A DNA stretch of 63,983 nt, filler included, from Basidioascus undulatus (Eukaryota): the NCBI GenBank assembly GCA_000826855.1. It is 3 parts of 3 records of this genome, joined end to end, with 100 filler letters (N's around TTAATTAATTAA, not from the genome) between each part and the next. Parts side by side here need not be neighbours in the genome. Positions count along the whole stretch, not along the records: positions 1 to 21,778 come from JTLS01000320.1; positions 21,879 to 43,625 come from JTLS01000321.1; 1 more part is not named here. One strand, given 5' to 3'. Position 1 is the stretch's first letter; each line of letters starts with the position of its first letter. The notes under the pieces were generated by a model. That model was not told the DNA's origin, did not search any database, and saw nothing but the letters and a program-made list of their open reading frames with translations. This document shows, one piece after another, positions 12,721-25,133 of the stretch. The translations under genes and the position numbers were made by a program.

Positions 12721-14067
12721 GCTGAGGTGTTGCTGTAGACAGGGGCGCGTGCAAAAGAGACTTTCAGAGCGTTGCTTGGGTGGGGTAATAAGTAGGACTT
12801 CAGGTGCCCGGTACTTCAAGTGCCCATTCGGATTGACCGGGTTGTCTCGGTGCGGAACAAATCTGCGGATGCGACGTACCGTGAATCACCGTCATCGCTT
12901 TCAATGCCGTGGATCATTGCCTGTCAGAACCAGCGGCACAGCACCTGGTCCAGCGGATGCATTTGTTGCATCTTGCCGAGAAGGGCTTCCCATTTGAACA
13001 AGCTTGTGGACAGAACGTACCTACAGTGAATGGAGATGCTGCCCCTGTACTACTGTCTTCGCAGCCTGTCAGTTCGCGGTAAAATGGTGTGCAGCATTGA
13101 CTTATTCCAAGAGTGTACATAGGCGTAAGGCTTGTTATGTGGGATGTGGTCATCATTGTTACCTCGAGGTTATGAAAGAAGGTATGCAAAAAGTCAGACA
13201 GACCACTCTCGCGTTTGGCGTTGATTCTGCCTTCGTCGACCGTACGCCGTTTCAGAACAACGTGACACTGTGCGTCAAAGTATGCCGGTTTAATAGATAT
13301 CCTCAGATAGAATTCCCTCATGTTTCCTCAAGGCCTGGCAACCGAAGCAGCGAAGGGTCGACGGGATGACAGCCTGTGGAGCAACTCCAGGATGGGCAGC
13401 GTGAACAGACTGAGTGTACCTGGAAGAATATGGTCACTCAAGATCGTGGTTACCGTGCTGATCGATACGATGAGGTTCCTCCCTCAGCCTCAAAGGTCGC
13501 TGTTGACGGTTCGAGGGGTCTGCGCACTGTCTGCAGTGACATGCGCGTGAAACATGGGAGGACCTGTGAGCTTTTGAATAACCGACTCAATTCCTCAACA
13601 TGTCCTCCCTCAACATGTCCATTTGGGTCTACAGGCTGAACATCTGGACTGGGCCGGGCGCAACAACCGGCGGTTCCGCAGATTGGAGCCTTGCTAGGTA
13701 CACATACCATTGTCCATTGGAGTGAGAGCTTGAATACATTCAAATTAAAATGAAATACTACGTTCTGATCCCACAGTCCTGCATACCGCAACAACACCTA
13801 GCATTGTTCGCCTGTCACCTACCCTAGGGCAAATCCGGTACTTGCCACCTTTCCGAAAGTCAAACGTTTCTCGTATTATTTATCCGCCCAGATTTTGCAA
13901 GGGGAAAAGCAAGAGAAAAGCAAAGCTGGTCTGCTGGTCTGATGATAAGGCGGTGCAATCCGCGAAATGACGTCCAAGCCGTCCGCGTCCTCGACGTGTG
14001 CAGGCCAACAACCTGGTCTGTTTCGTACATCACTTCACCCCTGCCATCGCCAGCTTCCGCACTCGCC

Positions 14068-15992
14068 ATGCCCCCCAAGAAGCAGCTGCGCACGCCCGAC
14101 GACTCTACGGGGGGAAGTCCCGCTCGCAGTCCTCATCAATCGCCTCAGTCGCCCGGCGCTGGAAGAGGCGTACCTCGCCCTCGCGGCTGTCTGGGCTTGG
14201 AAGGTCTGTTCGACGCTCTGCCTGGTGAGGTCTTCCTGCACATCGTCGGCTACATGGAGCTCAAGTATATCCTTACGATAATAAGGACAAAGATCGTATC
14301 TGGCATGGAAGATGGGTTGATGGTTAGTCGGGCTGCTTCAGGTCTGCGGGCATGTCTGCAAGAGCTGGAGGGCTGTCCGGACCGAGCCGAAGTTGGTTCC
14401 TCTTATTGGCCATGTTTATCACGGTTAGGTTTTAGCTGCTTAAGGTCCGAGTGTGGAAGGCTCTGGAGGAGGATCGATCCGGGACAGAAGCCCTACTCGG
14501 GTACTTCTTGGATCAATGCTGCCGGCTTGATGCGGTTCGTCTCGCGCTATGACCTATGTTGCCATAGTCTGATTACATTGCCCACCCAAATGGGCTCCTC
14601 GACAATGTGATCCCGGAAGGCGCCATCCACAGCTTGGCTTTCAGGGACTTCCTGAGCGTGAGCGCTCCCCCCCTTGGCGTCGCGCAACACGTCCCCCGAC
14701 CGCTGATAGCGACTATCGCAGCCCACCGAGATCAAGAAGATCATCCCTTTATTGGTTAAGAAGAAGGACATCTTGCGCTCGTATGTCGCCCTTGAATTAT
14801 TTTCTTCGAGCAGAAGGACGTCTGATCCGGTGTTTATCGCAGGCTCGTGCTCGACAGCCAAGGCGTCACCTCCACCGTCCTGGGCTTCATAAACAAGATT
14901 CTCGACCTCTCGCAGTTCAAAAGCCTCACCGTCACCAGTCCGCTCAGCACCAAGCTCACTGCGCCCGACCTCGTCTCGTTCTGCAAGGAGAAGCCCAAGC
15001 TCAGCGTGCGCTCGAGGCTTCCTTTCGACGAAAGGCGCCACGCCCTGCTGAGGAATTACCTCTGTCGATCTGAACAGAATGTCAGAACCTCGATCGAGTT
15101 TGATGAGTGGCAGGTCTACAATCTCGCTGAGGCGCACAACGATCCAAACGGAAGCAGGTCGGTCCCTAGGATAACCTTGGTGTCGCTTTGAAACGAAGGC
15201 TGCGCGTTGCTGACGTCGCGTTTTGTCTTGTGCGGGAGGGGTAGCTTCATCACAAAGCTGAACATGGAGCAGTGGCACATGGCGATCGACATGAACTTCC
15301 TCTCCCGCATCGGAGCTTCGTGCGTCCTTCTCTACCTTCAGCTTGTCCAACTGCGAACGCACGCTTTGTTTGACATCGGGGCAACAGTCTTCCAGAGCTG
15401 CAAGAGCTCCATTTCCTCCAGCTCAGAATGCCTAGCGTCCCTGCCGGCTCATCTCACTTCGGCATCTTCAGGGAGCTCTCCCACCCGTAAAAGAGCTTTC
15501 CGCTGCCTGGCCTGCGGGTCTTCCAGAATGACCGCCTCAACGCGTACATGGTCCGTCTCCATTCTCCCCCTTCCGTCCCTGGACCTCCTTCTCATTCCCC
15601 GTATTTCTTTCAGGCTCTCATAACCAACTCCGACCAATTCCTCTGCGCCACCTTCCGCGGCTTACTCTCCGCCGCGCCCAACCTCGAGCACCTGCGGATC
15701 AGCCGCGGTATCCAGCACCTCAGCGGCGCGGAAAAGAAAGCCGGCATCGCGCTCGCCCCGCTAACGAGCCTCGAGGGCCTGTTCGGGCCCGACATCCCGT
15801 TCAAAAAGCTGAGCCGGCTCGAGCTCGGCTTCTTCAAGGTTGACTGACCGGCGCTCGTCTCGATCGACGCTGGCCACGCTCGCGCTGCACGAGTACACGG
15901 GTCTGCCGGGTGACTGGAAAACACGTGCTTTCGAGTTGTGCTTGTTCAAGAAGGTGGGAGGGCGGATGAGGGTGAGGGTATTTTGGTACTGA
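14068..15992 (+). CDS. F-box / LRR-like hypothetical protein
   Basis: MPPKKQ start; LFDALPGEVFLHIVGYM F-box-like motif; later exons carry LRR-like segments (APNLEHLRIS, FKKLSRLELG). End position approximate. Confidence 0.55.
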
Positions 15993-16805
15993 ACGAACCT
16001 GTTGTTCTTCTTCTTGGGAGGCCGCCTTGATAGCTCTCGCATCAATTGCTTGAGAGCCGCTGTATGCTGTATGTGTGTGCGGTTTGGGCAAGTGTCTTTC
16101 TGGGATGCTTATTTTTTGATGCTGCTTGATTTTGATTGTGCTAATGGTGAAACGAAAGTCCTGATATATTCATTGGGCGTGCGTGCGTTCAGACAAGGAC
16201 TTGGCTGGGTTCCCGGCGCACAGCGGGTAGATTCGGAGGCTACTGCCTGAATAGATGCCTATGGCTTATAAAACAACCGGCTTCAAAATAATCAGCCCAT
16301 GAAGTAAGCAAAGCGAGGTTCGCGTGAAAGTTAACTGGTTTGCCGCACCGTTCAGAGGTCCCATATATCTCTGCGCAACTGTGTCTTCGCACCCTGTTGC
16401 GTACCGTTTCAAAGACCCATCCCAGGGCTTTCTTTCATCTTTCTAGTTTCATGCAGGCTCTTTTTGCTCTGATCGGGACCGGCAACACTTGCTTGTCTGC
16501 GCACGCAAGACAACTAGCGAGGTATGCTGCTCAACTTAACGTATGCTTTGACCACGCAATACTGCTAAATGTGAGTGGTATTTTCAGTTGATTTATGGCG
16601 GCTGTGTGGAAGAGCAGAGGGGGGAGAGGAGGAAAAGCGACCACCATTGGACTGTGAACAGTTATGTTTACCTTTTCTGATGTTAGTTAATACTTTAATA
16701 CACCAAGCTGTCAACAAAGGGCTGTAAATTTGGAATATTCAGATGGATTCTCACTTCCGTGACTGGCGGGCCTTGACGAATTACGAGAAGATGCAGAGCA
16801 AAAGC

Positions 16806-16887
16806 AGTTGCGTGTTCTAATGGTTATGATTTCTCTTTCACACTTAGGAGGCAGAGAAGGTTCCCGGTTCGATCCCGGGCGCGACTA
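16806..16887 (+). tRNA. tRNA-Val(CAC) with a 9-nt intron (16843-16851)
   Basis: Acceptor AGTTGCG/CGCGACT+A; anticodon arm TCTCT-TT-CAC-A[CTTAGGAGG]C-AGAGA; T arm CCCGG-TTCGATC-CCGGG; T run just downstream. Confidence 0.88.
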
Positions 16888-17674
16888 CAATTTTGCCCCT
16901 TGATTGAAGGGGCCCTGTGCAAAGAACGGGAAACACTCAATTTGGATTGGAAGACGGAAGTAAGTTTTCCACCCTCGTTGTGGCTTATGAGCTAATACAA
17001 CTTTGGACTGTATCGGGCAGCTGTTGCGGGTATGGAAGAAGTCACACCTTTGACTGCGCTCGTCCGCCGGTAATTGCAATGCCAAGTCCATATCCCCTTA
17101 TGTAAGGGTTAAACGCAACGGGGATGGCCCAAGGTCAATTACGATCCTCAGCTGCCATCTTGTTCCGTTACTCCAGGTTCCAGAGACACCGCGTGGTGTG
17201 TCTGTTGCACAGCGTTCGTAGAATCGTCAAAAGGCCCCGCGCCGTCCTTATCAATGTTCTGGCAACCTTATTCTTCGATCGTTTCTCGAGGCGCGTATGG
17301 CGAAGCCGATCACCGAGCTCCACTTTTCCGTGTGTTCAGTTTGCGAAGTATTCCGTGGTCACAGCACCGCACATATGAAAGAGCATCGATCACCTCACCC
17401 GCTCTGTGCAGGTACCACTCCTCTGACAATGGCGTATATTCCCTACCTTCTCAAGCTCCCGGATGAGCTTCTAACCGCTATGACCTCCACGAGCGCCGTT
17501 CGAAAGGTGCAGCAAAAATTGGCCAGCTGCATAACCAGTTCGGACGCGGCTAGGCGAGGGGCAGGGTGGTCGTATGAGAGCGTTAGACGCAGTCGGAGGT
17601 GATGAAGGTGGCGAAAGCGGGAGAGCCAGGCTACGAGCTCAGCCTGTAGAAGAAGACCCCGATAATCTTCAGCT

Positions 17675-18562
17675 TTACATCAACCCATAACTGCCCGCGG
17701 GTGGGTAGGGAGGGGATTGAAACCGTGAAACTAAACTACGCACGTCGGAAACACCGCACCCTTGGTTGCCAGGCTCCCCGCGTAGATCCAGGCTGCGAAC
17801 GCCCGGGAATACATCGCTGATGAGCGGAAAAGCAACACCAGAGCCTGGAAGTGACAGAGCTCGAACGGTTGTTGCTGAAGTCAGTTGGTCAATTCCCTCG
17901 TGCAGTGAGCCGCACACGCGGACTTGGCGTAGATTGGGGCAGTGCGGGAGGAGTCTAAGGCAGGTTGGCCATGCAGCTTCGAGGAACGTGAGTTTCAGGT
18001 GGTTGCCCAACCTGTGAGGATTTGGAAGCATTTCGTTGGCGAAGAGGGTCCAGGATGGAAGACGCAGCTGTCGAAGAGTGTGCCGGCGAGCAAGGACAAA
18101 GCTTTCTAAAGCTCGCTTGAGCTCCGGATGTGGGGCGATCAAAAGCGAGGAGATGAGCTCGAATTCCAGCACAGCTAAGCTTGGAACGTGCCTGGGCTTC
18201 AGCAAAACCCCGAACGCCTCTTCGCTGTCCTCATCGAGGGTACCTTTGATCTGCAGCGCCCGAACATGCGGCATAGTCTCGAGCAAGCCGTACGTCGACT
18301 GAAGGTCGCTTCCGGGCTGGACTTCGAGAACAAGGCTGCGAACATAGCTGCCAGCCCCGGTCGGGAAAGTTCGAGCAGGACTTCGAATGACCGCGCTGCG
18401 CAAGAGGATCGGGAAGGCCGCTGCATGCGTGGCAGAGCAGACGAGTGCGACAGCGGCAAGATCAGGCTTGTCGAGAAGCTCGAGGGGAGGCGGTACGAGG
18501 AATGGCTGCACTTCGACATCGTACGGAGGATTTTGGGCGGCGAGGGAAAGGAGGTGGTGCAT
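17675..18562 (-). CDS. F-box-like / LRR hypothetical protein (main exon; probably continues leftward after an intron)
   Basis: ~300-codon ORF with LDKPDLAAVALVCS followed by LRR-like repeats (PHVRALQI, TLRQLRL, CPNLRQVRV, FPGVRSLDL). Confidence 0.55.
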   Translation of the reverse strand: MHHLLSLAAQNPPYDVEVQPFLVPPPLELLDKPDLAAVALVCSATHAAAFPILLRSAVIRSPARTFPTGAGSYVRSLVLEVQPGSDLQSTYGLLETMPHVRALQIKGTLDEDSEEAFGVLLKPRHVPSLAVLEFELISSLLIAPHPELKRALESFVLARRHTLRQLRLPSWTLFANEMLPNPHRLGNHLKLTFLEAAWPTCLRLLPHCPNLRQVRVCGSLHEGIDQLTSATTVRALSLPGSGVAFPLISDVFPGVRSLDLRGEPGNQGCGVSDVRSLVSRFQSPPYPPAGSYGLM

Positions 18563-19773
18563 GGTGCAGTTGATTTGCTGTGTGAGCACGGGCGATGGCG
18601 GGTGAGTGTGGGCTAACTGAGTGGGAGATTCCTGTGTCGTTGCATCGTTGAGCAGTTGCTCTCAGACCTGACAGAAACTCCACACTTCGCCACAATCCTA
18701 GGTTGGCGGAAAAGTTTCTTGATATAACCGGCGAGAGGGTTGAGCCCCAGAATTTTTACAAGCAAAACACCCAGGCGCCCCAGGACGCGATGACAAAGGA
18801 AGAAGGGGCGAGGAGGGAAGAGCATGCAGCATCGGAAAGCAGGCTCAGCGTTGGCGGTTCTGAAGGCTAGGGACTCGGGCCGTGTCGAGGGGGGGATATT
18901 TGGAGTGGAGACGTTGGTCCTCATAAGGTGTGTTAGACTTCTCAAGCCATTGTGTCTTGGCATCTGGAAGACCGAGAGACCGGTCGAGATTGGCGTGCAT
19001 TCGCACGTACTTATCGTCTGTTGCACGCGCAGTTCATGGGGATGCCTGCACAAAGTGTAGTGTCTTTGCAGTGTCGACGGTCTTGTGTGGGCACTTGATG
19101 ACTCCGCCAGTTGCAACAGTGGAAGCTGTGTGCCTAAAACAAAGCTCGCGCTCGAGACGAAAGTGCCTACTAGCAAACGACGAACACCATCCTGAGCCGC
19201 CAGAGCGGCTACAGCCTCAATGCTTCTAAAGTAACATTAAAATTATACTATAATTTATGATATTAAACTATACCTTACCGTTTGCAGTTTTACGACATGC
19301 TGTTTTGCCTGAACGAGCACACGTGCATCTGACCGGCCGGCAGCTGCGCCTGCAGCACGCCAAACGCCCCATCGGGATCGAAATCCTAGACATCTCAAAA
19401 GGTAAACGGCCGGACAACCTGGCCAGTAAGGCGAACGGCCGTCACCCGGCCTCCGCTGTGCTTTCCTCCCTGCCACATTCTTGGAGGTGCACTTGAGTTC
19501 TAGCCTCCACTAACCCGGTGGTCTCTGTTCCACTAACTGTTCTGCAACTTGCATACTCCCGTGGCTATTCACGAAGCAGGAACGTCGGCACTGGTCGGCA
19601 CTTCACATCCCACTCCAACCATGCATCGATCGCACACGTAGAATCCCACGTCGCAAATGTTCCACTTCGGTTCATACATTATGCAATAACGATATCCACC
19701 ATTAACTAGTCTTATTATTCGTCCTCGGTATGTATTCTTCGCTCGTCATGAAGGTTTGTCTCCTCCCCACCCC

Positions 19774-20936
19774 TCAAGCCGCCGCGTTCGCAGCGTGCAC
19801 CTCCGCCCTGCGCGCCTCGTGCTCGCGCTTTTCCGTCACCACCACCCTTCGTCAGCCTCTTCATCCCGACGCATCCTTCACCTCCACCCCGTCTTCTCGG
19901 AAGATAGGAATGCAGGGGAGGGGGAAAGGGGAAACGCACATCAGCAGCCTCCTTCGCCTGCCGCGCGCGCTCCAGAGCCTGCTGCTTCTCTGCATGCTCC
20001 TTCTCGAGCGCCGCGTGGTGTTTCTTCTTGATCTGCTCAACGCCCACCGCATTAGCGTCCCTGATGGAGCGGAAGCGCGGGAAATGGGCAGAGATAGGAG
20101 AATGGGATGAGGGAATGGAGAAGGGGTAAGACGCACGTCGATATCCTTCATAGCCTTCTGCTCGTCCGCTATCGCTTTGTTGTGCTCGTTCTCGGCCTGT
20201 ACCCCCGCAGAGAGATGAGCGAGCGGGGAGGGGAGGAGGGGGGAAAGCGGACCTTGCTGAGTGCTTTGGCGGCCTGGAAAAAGGGGAGTTGGGTAAGTAC
20301 ATCGGATGTGAGGGATGATGGGAGTAGGGAAAGCCCACCTTGTGCTCCACCTTCTCCTTCTTCTCATGCGTCGAGATGGCCTTCTGCTCGGTCTGTACCC
20401 GCCCGCTCGGGGTCAGCTCCAACTTCCAATTGTATGCTCGGGAGACCGGGGGGAGGGAGGCGAAAGAAGATGCTCGAAGGAGATCAAGGAGAGAGTGGTG
20501 GAAGGGAGTGGATGTGGGAAGTGGGAAGTGGGACGAGGGAGGCAAGGAAGGGGAGGAGGACACCTTCTCAGCCTTGTGCAGCGCCTTCTTGGCGCGGTGC
20601 ACCTCCTTCTCGGCGTGCGAGAACGTCTTGGAGTCGTGCTTCTCGGCGCGGTGGAGCTCTTTCTCGATACTGCACCACCATCCCAGCACACAGAACTCAG
20701 CTCTCTCCCACCCAAACAGAGGTAGATGGTAGGGGACGGCGGGGAGAGAGGTGGAAGAGGGGAGGAACGCACTGCTTGATATCCTTCTGCGTATAGTGGT
20801 GTCCTCCCGCTGCAGCACCAGCGCCGGCAGCGCCAGCGTGGTCGACGGCGGACGAAGGCTGAACGACGTTGTGCGGCGCCTGGCCGGCGGAGGTCGTGTG
20901 CGGGGGGAGTTCAGGGGCGGTGGATGCGGTGGACAT
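19774..20936 (-). CDS. His/Lys/Ala/Glu-rich hydrophilic coiled-coil protein (hydrophilin/LEA-like), about 7 exons
   Basis: MSTASTAPELPPH..., IEKELHRAEKHDSKTFSHAEKEVHRAKKALHKAEK, 21-nt exon AAKALSK, AENEHNKAIADEQKA, ...REHEARRAEVHAANAAA*. Introns are canonical. Confidence 0.75.
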
Positions 20937-21778
20937 GGTGTGTTGTTGTCGGTTGTTAGTCGTGCGTGAGGGAGCGGTGGCGAAGACCTGGGTGGTGAGA
21001 GGAAGAGAGGAGAGGGGATGAATTGGAGAGGAGATGGGAGGGGGTAGGGCGTGGGAGGGGAGAGAGGAGGCGTAAGAGGCGTGTGAAGATTGGGATGGCG
21101 ATCGGAAGGTCAGGCTTCGGTGCGAAGAAGAAGAGGAGGGCGATGGAGATGAGCAGGAAGCTTGAAGGGGAAGTGACGTCATTTTAGTTGGGCGGTTTGG
21201 ATGGACGTTGGGCTGTTGACTGTGAACGACTGAGGCGGCGTCGAAGGATTAACTGCGGATCAGAGCCGCGGAATGGAAGGGGGAAGGAAAGTGCGTTGGA
21301 AATGGAGAGGACGAATGACGGGAGGATGGACTCACATGGTGTTGGACATAGCGGATTGGGTGAAGGTGTTGAGGAGATCCTGCAGACTCGGTCGACAACC
21401 CTGCATCTCCGACACGGCGCCTGGAGGAGCGGTTGAACTGTGTTTCCTGACTCTTATATTCACAGTGCCCAATTGGTCCAGCACGTCGTTTCTCGCCTTC
21501 CCCCTCTGTTTGGCAGCAATGCCGGAAGCAGTCCGATAAGGTGTGAGAACAGCTTAAGTCAGCATCGCGAGCCATGTGTCGCGACTGCCTTCCCGCTTCA
21601 CATTCACGCCTCATCGTGAGCCCGTTCGAGCGCCTTATCACCCACCTGCTCTCGGCGCTCGAACCGCACTCCCTCGCCCACCGCTCTGTGGTTAGGCCGA
21701 GTTTGGGATGTCGGCACAACCATGCCCTACACCATCGCGTGCGTCTCCCCTTCCCCCTTCCCCTTCCCCTCCCGCCCC

Positions 21779-21878
21779 NNNNNNNNNNNNNNNNNNNNNN
21801 NNNNNNNNNNNNNNNNNNNNNNTTAATTAATTAANNNNNNNNNNNNNNNNNNNNNNNNNNNNNNNNNNNNNNNNNNNN
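21779..21878. other. Artificial contig-joining linker
   Basis: 44 N + TTAATTAATTAA (stop codons in all six frames) + 44 N, exactly 100 bp. Confidence 0.97.
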
Positions 21879-21978
21879 AGCTCCCCGGAGGGGAGCAGGG
21901 AAGAGAGATGCAGAAAAAGCGCATGCAGTCCGCAGGGCTTCATCTCCTTCTCTCTAACATGACTTGCCCACTTCCCCA

Positions 21979-22327
21979 GGCGCCCTCCTCCGCCCGCACA
22001 GCCGGTCGCACCCCCACGCCCGCCGACCTCCAGATCCTCACCTCCTCCTGCGGCCTCCGCCCAAGCCGGAAAGACGGCGTGCGGATCGAGGCGGACGCGC
22101 TCGGTACGTGCTCTTCCTCTTGGAGCATACAGCGGGGGAAGCGGGCGCTGATGATTGGGCGGTCGGGCACAGATGTCGGCGACGGCCGCCAGGTGCTCCT
22201 TGTGCACAACTATGGGCACGGCGGGTGGGGGTACCAGAGCTCTTGGGGGAGTGCGGTTAGGGCGGGGAGGCTGGTGGAGCAGGGGCTAGGGCTGGCGAAG
22301 GTGAAGGAGGGGAAGGCGAAGCTTTGA
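21979..22327 (+). CDS. D-amino acid / D-aspartate oxidase, 3' fragment with peroxisomal PTS1
   Basis: CGLRPSRKDGVRIE and VHNYGHGGWGYQSSWGSA (DAO C-terminal signature); ends AKL*. The 5' part is lost at the linker. Confidence 0.9.
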
Positions 22328-23429
22328 TTGTGTGAGCGGCGTTGATGTTGCGGGAAGAGAACAGTTGGTGAAGGGGGTCAGGATGTAGGTAGCTGGGACG
22401 GGAGTCGGAACGCATCCACCTCTCCATGCGTACTTCACTACATTCCCCCAGAGACCGAGCCTCTACGAATTATTATGGTCTCACTCAACGAACTATTTGA
22501 ATATCTCCCCGGCCATGAACAGCCTTTCCACCCTCACTCGTCTGAGTACCCCGCCTTCTGATACTCGTGCTCGTCTGCAGCATTGCGAAGATGGTGGGCG
22601 GCGGACTGGAGCTGGCTCGCCACACCGCCGGGCACGACTATCCCCACTGTTCGCTATTCCCTTACCTACTGAGCAACCATCTTCCTCCCTGCTCCCGCAG
22701 ACAACAAAAACGACGCACGCGCCCTCTCCTCCCTCGCATTCTCCACATTCGCATCCGTCTGCACCTCCGCCACAATGCTTTCTAGATCCACATCGTCGTC
22801 CGTCGCCCTTACGCGGCGCGTCTCGCTCACCGGCAGGCCATGCTCGGCCGCGACGAGCCCCGCGAGCCGGGCGACGGCCTCGTCGGCCTGTTCCGAGGCG
22901 CGCTCGCTGGAGGATAGCCCGTGCGTGACGCGGTACTTGATCGCGCCGGCTACGTTCTACAGTAGGGTGGGAAAGGGTATAAGAGGGGGCATGGAATGAG
23001 GGAGGGGAGAGGGGGGGGGTGCCTTGGCATCGGCGAGGTCACCCATCTGTAGAGGGGTGGACAGGGCGGAAGAAGTGAGATCGAGGGTCGTGAACGGTGT
23101 GGTAGGGCCTACGTGGTTCGCCGCATCGTGGACCCGCGCGGGTTTGCTCCTGTTTATGTCCATATGTAGGGTGAGATGTATAGGCCTGGAAGTCTCGATG
23201 AGGTGAGGACGCACAAGGGAGTGGGAGCTGTTAGGCCCTGCGAAAGTTGAAAGCATGATAATGGATTTGGACATGACTTGTGTTATAGCCGGTGTTGTAT
23301 TGGGAAACATCGCCGATGTGTCTCTGATTTTCCCATATTAATGTTTCATGGGTACCTGACAGAAACAAATCGATGTGCGCTGGGACACTTTCAACAAATA
23401 GAGTTGCTCTTTTAAGGCAGCGAAGAGCA

Positions 23430-24325
23430 GTACACGATGGCACCGAGCGAGCTGGGAGGGAAGTAAGGAAGACTGGTGGTGTGCAGAGATACCGCACGAA
23501 CCGGGGAGAGAAAGACAACCTAAGGAATCGAACGAAAAGGACAAAATGGAAAGTGCGCAGAGCACAGGGGACAAAGACGCACGGAGTACGTAGAGGGATC
23601 GTGAACAAGGATCGAATAACTTTTGGGCCCGATTCCAGGACGCTCGCAGCGTCTCGGCGAACTCCGAGGGAAGAAAGTCAGGTTTACATGCTCCGAGGCA
23701 GCGAAGAAGCAGCGAAGAAAACGAGAGGAGTGCGCAGAGGCACCGGGAACGCGACGAACTGAGTGCTCAGCGGCATTCCGGACGAAGAATGGGTGAGCAG
23801 CGGTGCCGTGACGGAGGGATGAGTAACTTTTGGGACAGGTAGAAGGGAGGCAACCCACAACATCGTGGTAAAATCTGTGAGAAGGGAATTAGGGGTACGT
23901 TTTCCGAGGTAGCGAGGAAGAAGCAGTGCGTGGTGGCACGGAAGAACAGCGGTGCCAAGAGACACCACAAGAAACGGAGAAACAAGAACCCACACAAGGA
24001 CGTGGGCCCAGGGGTACGAAACGAGAAGGAGAATGAGAAGACGTGCGCAGAAGCACCTTGAAAGAAGAGGAGCAGCGTGCGCACAGGCATCCAGGAAGAA
24101 GAAGAACGGTGTGCACAAAGGCACGAGAAAGAAGAAGGGCTGAGTGCGCAGAGGCACCCAAGAAGAAGAACAGTGTTGTACACAGAGGCACCCTGAAAGA
24201 ACAAGAACAAAGTGGGCAGATGCACCCACGAAGAATAACAACCACGGAGCGCAGAGGCACCCGCGAAGAAGAGAGTGCGCTGAGACACCAAAGCAAAAGG
24301 ACGAGCGGTGGGGCGCAGAGGCACC
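23430..24325. repeat. Degenerate ~34-bp-period tandem array with core GTGCGCAGAGGCACC and A/G-rich spacers
   Basis: Core copies at 24043, 24077, 24111, 24144, 24178, 24212, 24247, 24275 and 24311. Further copies at 23730 (exact core) and, more degenerate, at 23430, 23481, 23553, 23763, 23927, 23952 and 24002. Confidence 0.85.
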
Positions 24326-24729
24326 CCGTGATCGACGCCCCGTATCTTAAGGATACCGGGTTGTAGATGCGGGCGGTATGAAGTGAAGATGGTGAGAGGA
24401 GTGGCGAGAGGAAAAGAGGGGAGTGCGGCGCGGTGCCAGCGGAACCGGAAGAAGAGCGAGGAATGGCGCGCACAATGGTCGACTGCCATACCGCTTGCGG
24501 TAGTGCGTCTGTAGACTTGGATAGAACTTGAAGAAGAAGTAAAAATCAAGAGGGATTTCATTAGGGGAACCCCAGTGGGGAATGTTGGGTGGAACCGCTG
24601 CAAAATCTCTGGTTGCACAATTATGAACAAGACAGCTGACACGATACCACAACCGAGCTCCATTGCGACACACGGCCCAAGGTTTATTTGTAGCTTCTCT
24701 TATAAGTTCAATTTCTCATAAGCCTTACT

Positions 24730-25133
24730 CATAGTCCCCTTCCTTGGAGAGTGCCATTTTGGGGCATGCATAGCAATTGCGGACATTCCAGTTGTGCAGG
24801 CCTCTGGGCTATGCGCTTGCAGGATCCGTGGCATCCCAGTGCTGATCACTCGACTGGTGCTACCATGCTTGTCCTTTAACTCCCTTCGAAGAACTCCTAT
24901 CCTACCGGCCGTTGCGGAGGATCCCTACAAGTGTACATTGGACGTTCCTAGTGGCAGCGCATGAGCCAGCCTGGCTTGTACAGACAGATGTTTGCCAAAT
25001 CACATCACCTAGGCGGGTGGATGTGTTGTTTTTGACCCATACTGTGACCCCACTGAGGCTTGGCCCAACTTTTGAAGAATGGGTGCAGAAGGCCTGCCAG
25101 TGCACCGGAACGGTCACTGTCCTGCAAGGATGA
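24730..25133 (+). pseudogene. CpG-poor degenerate coding relic
   Basis: A protein-like frame (LESAILGHA*QLRTFQLCRPL...PLTPFEELLSYRPLRRIP...LGPTFEEWV) is interrupted by stops. TG/CA is visibly in excess over CG relative to neighbouring genes. Confidence 0.35.

Noticed and set aside
21823..21834. TTAATTAATTAA as a biological motif (also at 43670-43681)
   Set aside because: It is centred in exactly 44+44 Ns on both occasions, so it is a synthetic six-frame-stop linker.
24043..24325. CRISPR array
   Set aside because: The core is only ~15 bp and degenerate, the spacers resemble one another (AAGAAGAA), there are no cas genes, and the context is eukaryotic.
23684..24663. Long Phe/Leu-rich minus-strand ORFs (298, 194 and 185 aa) as membrane proteins
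   Set aside because: All three frames are open because of the purine-skewed repeat array; this is a compositional artefact.
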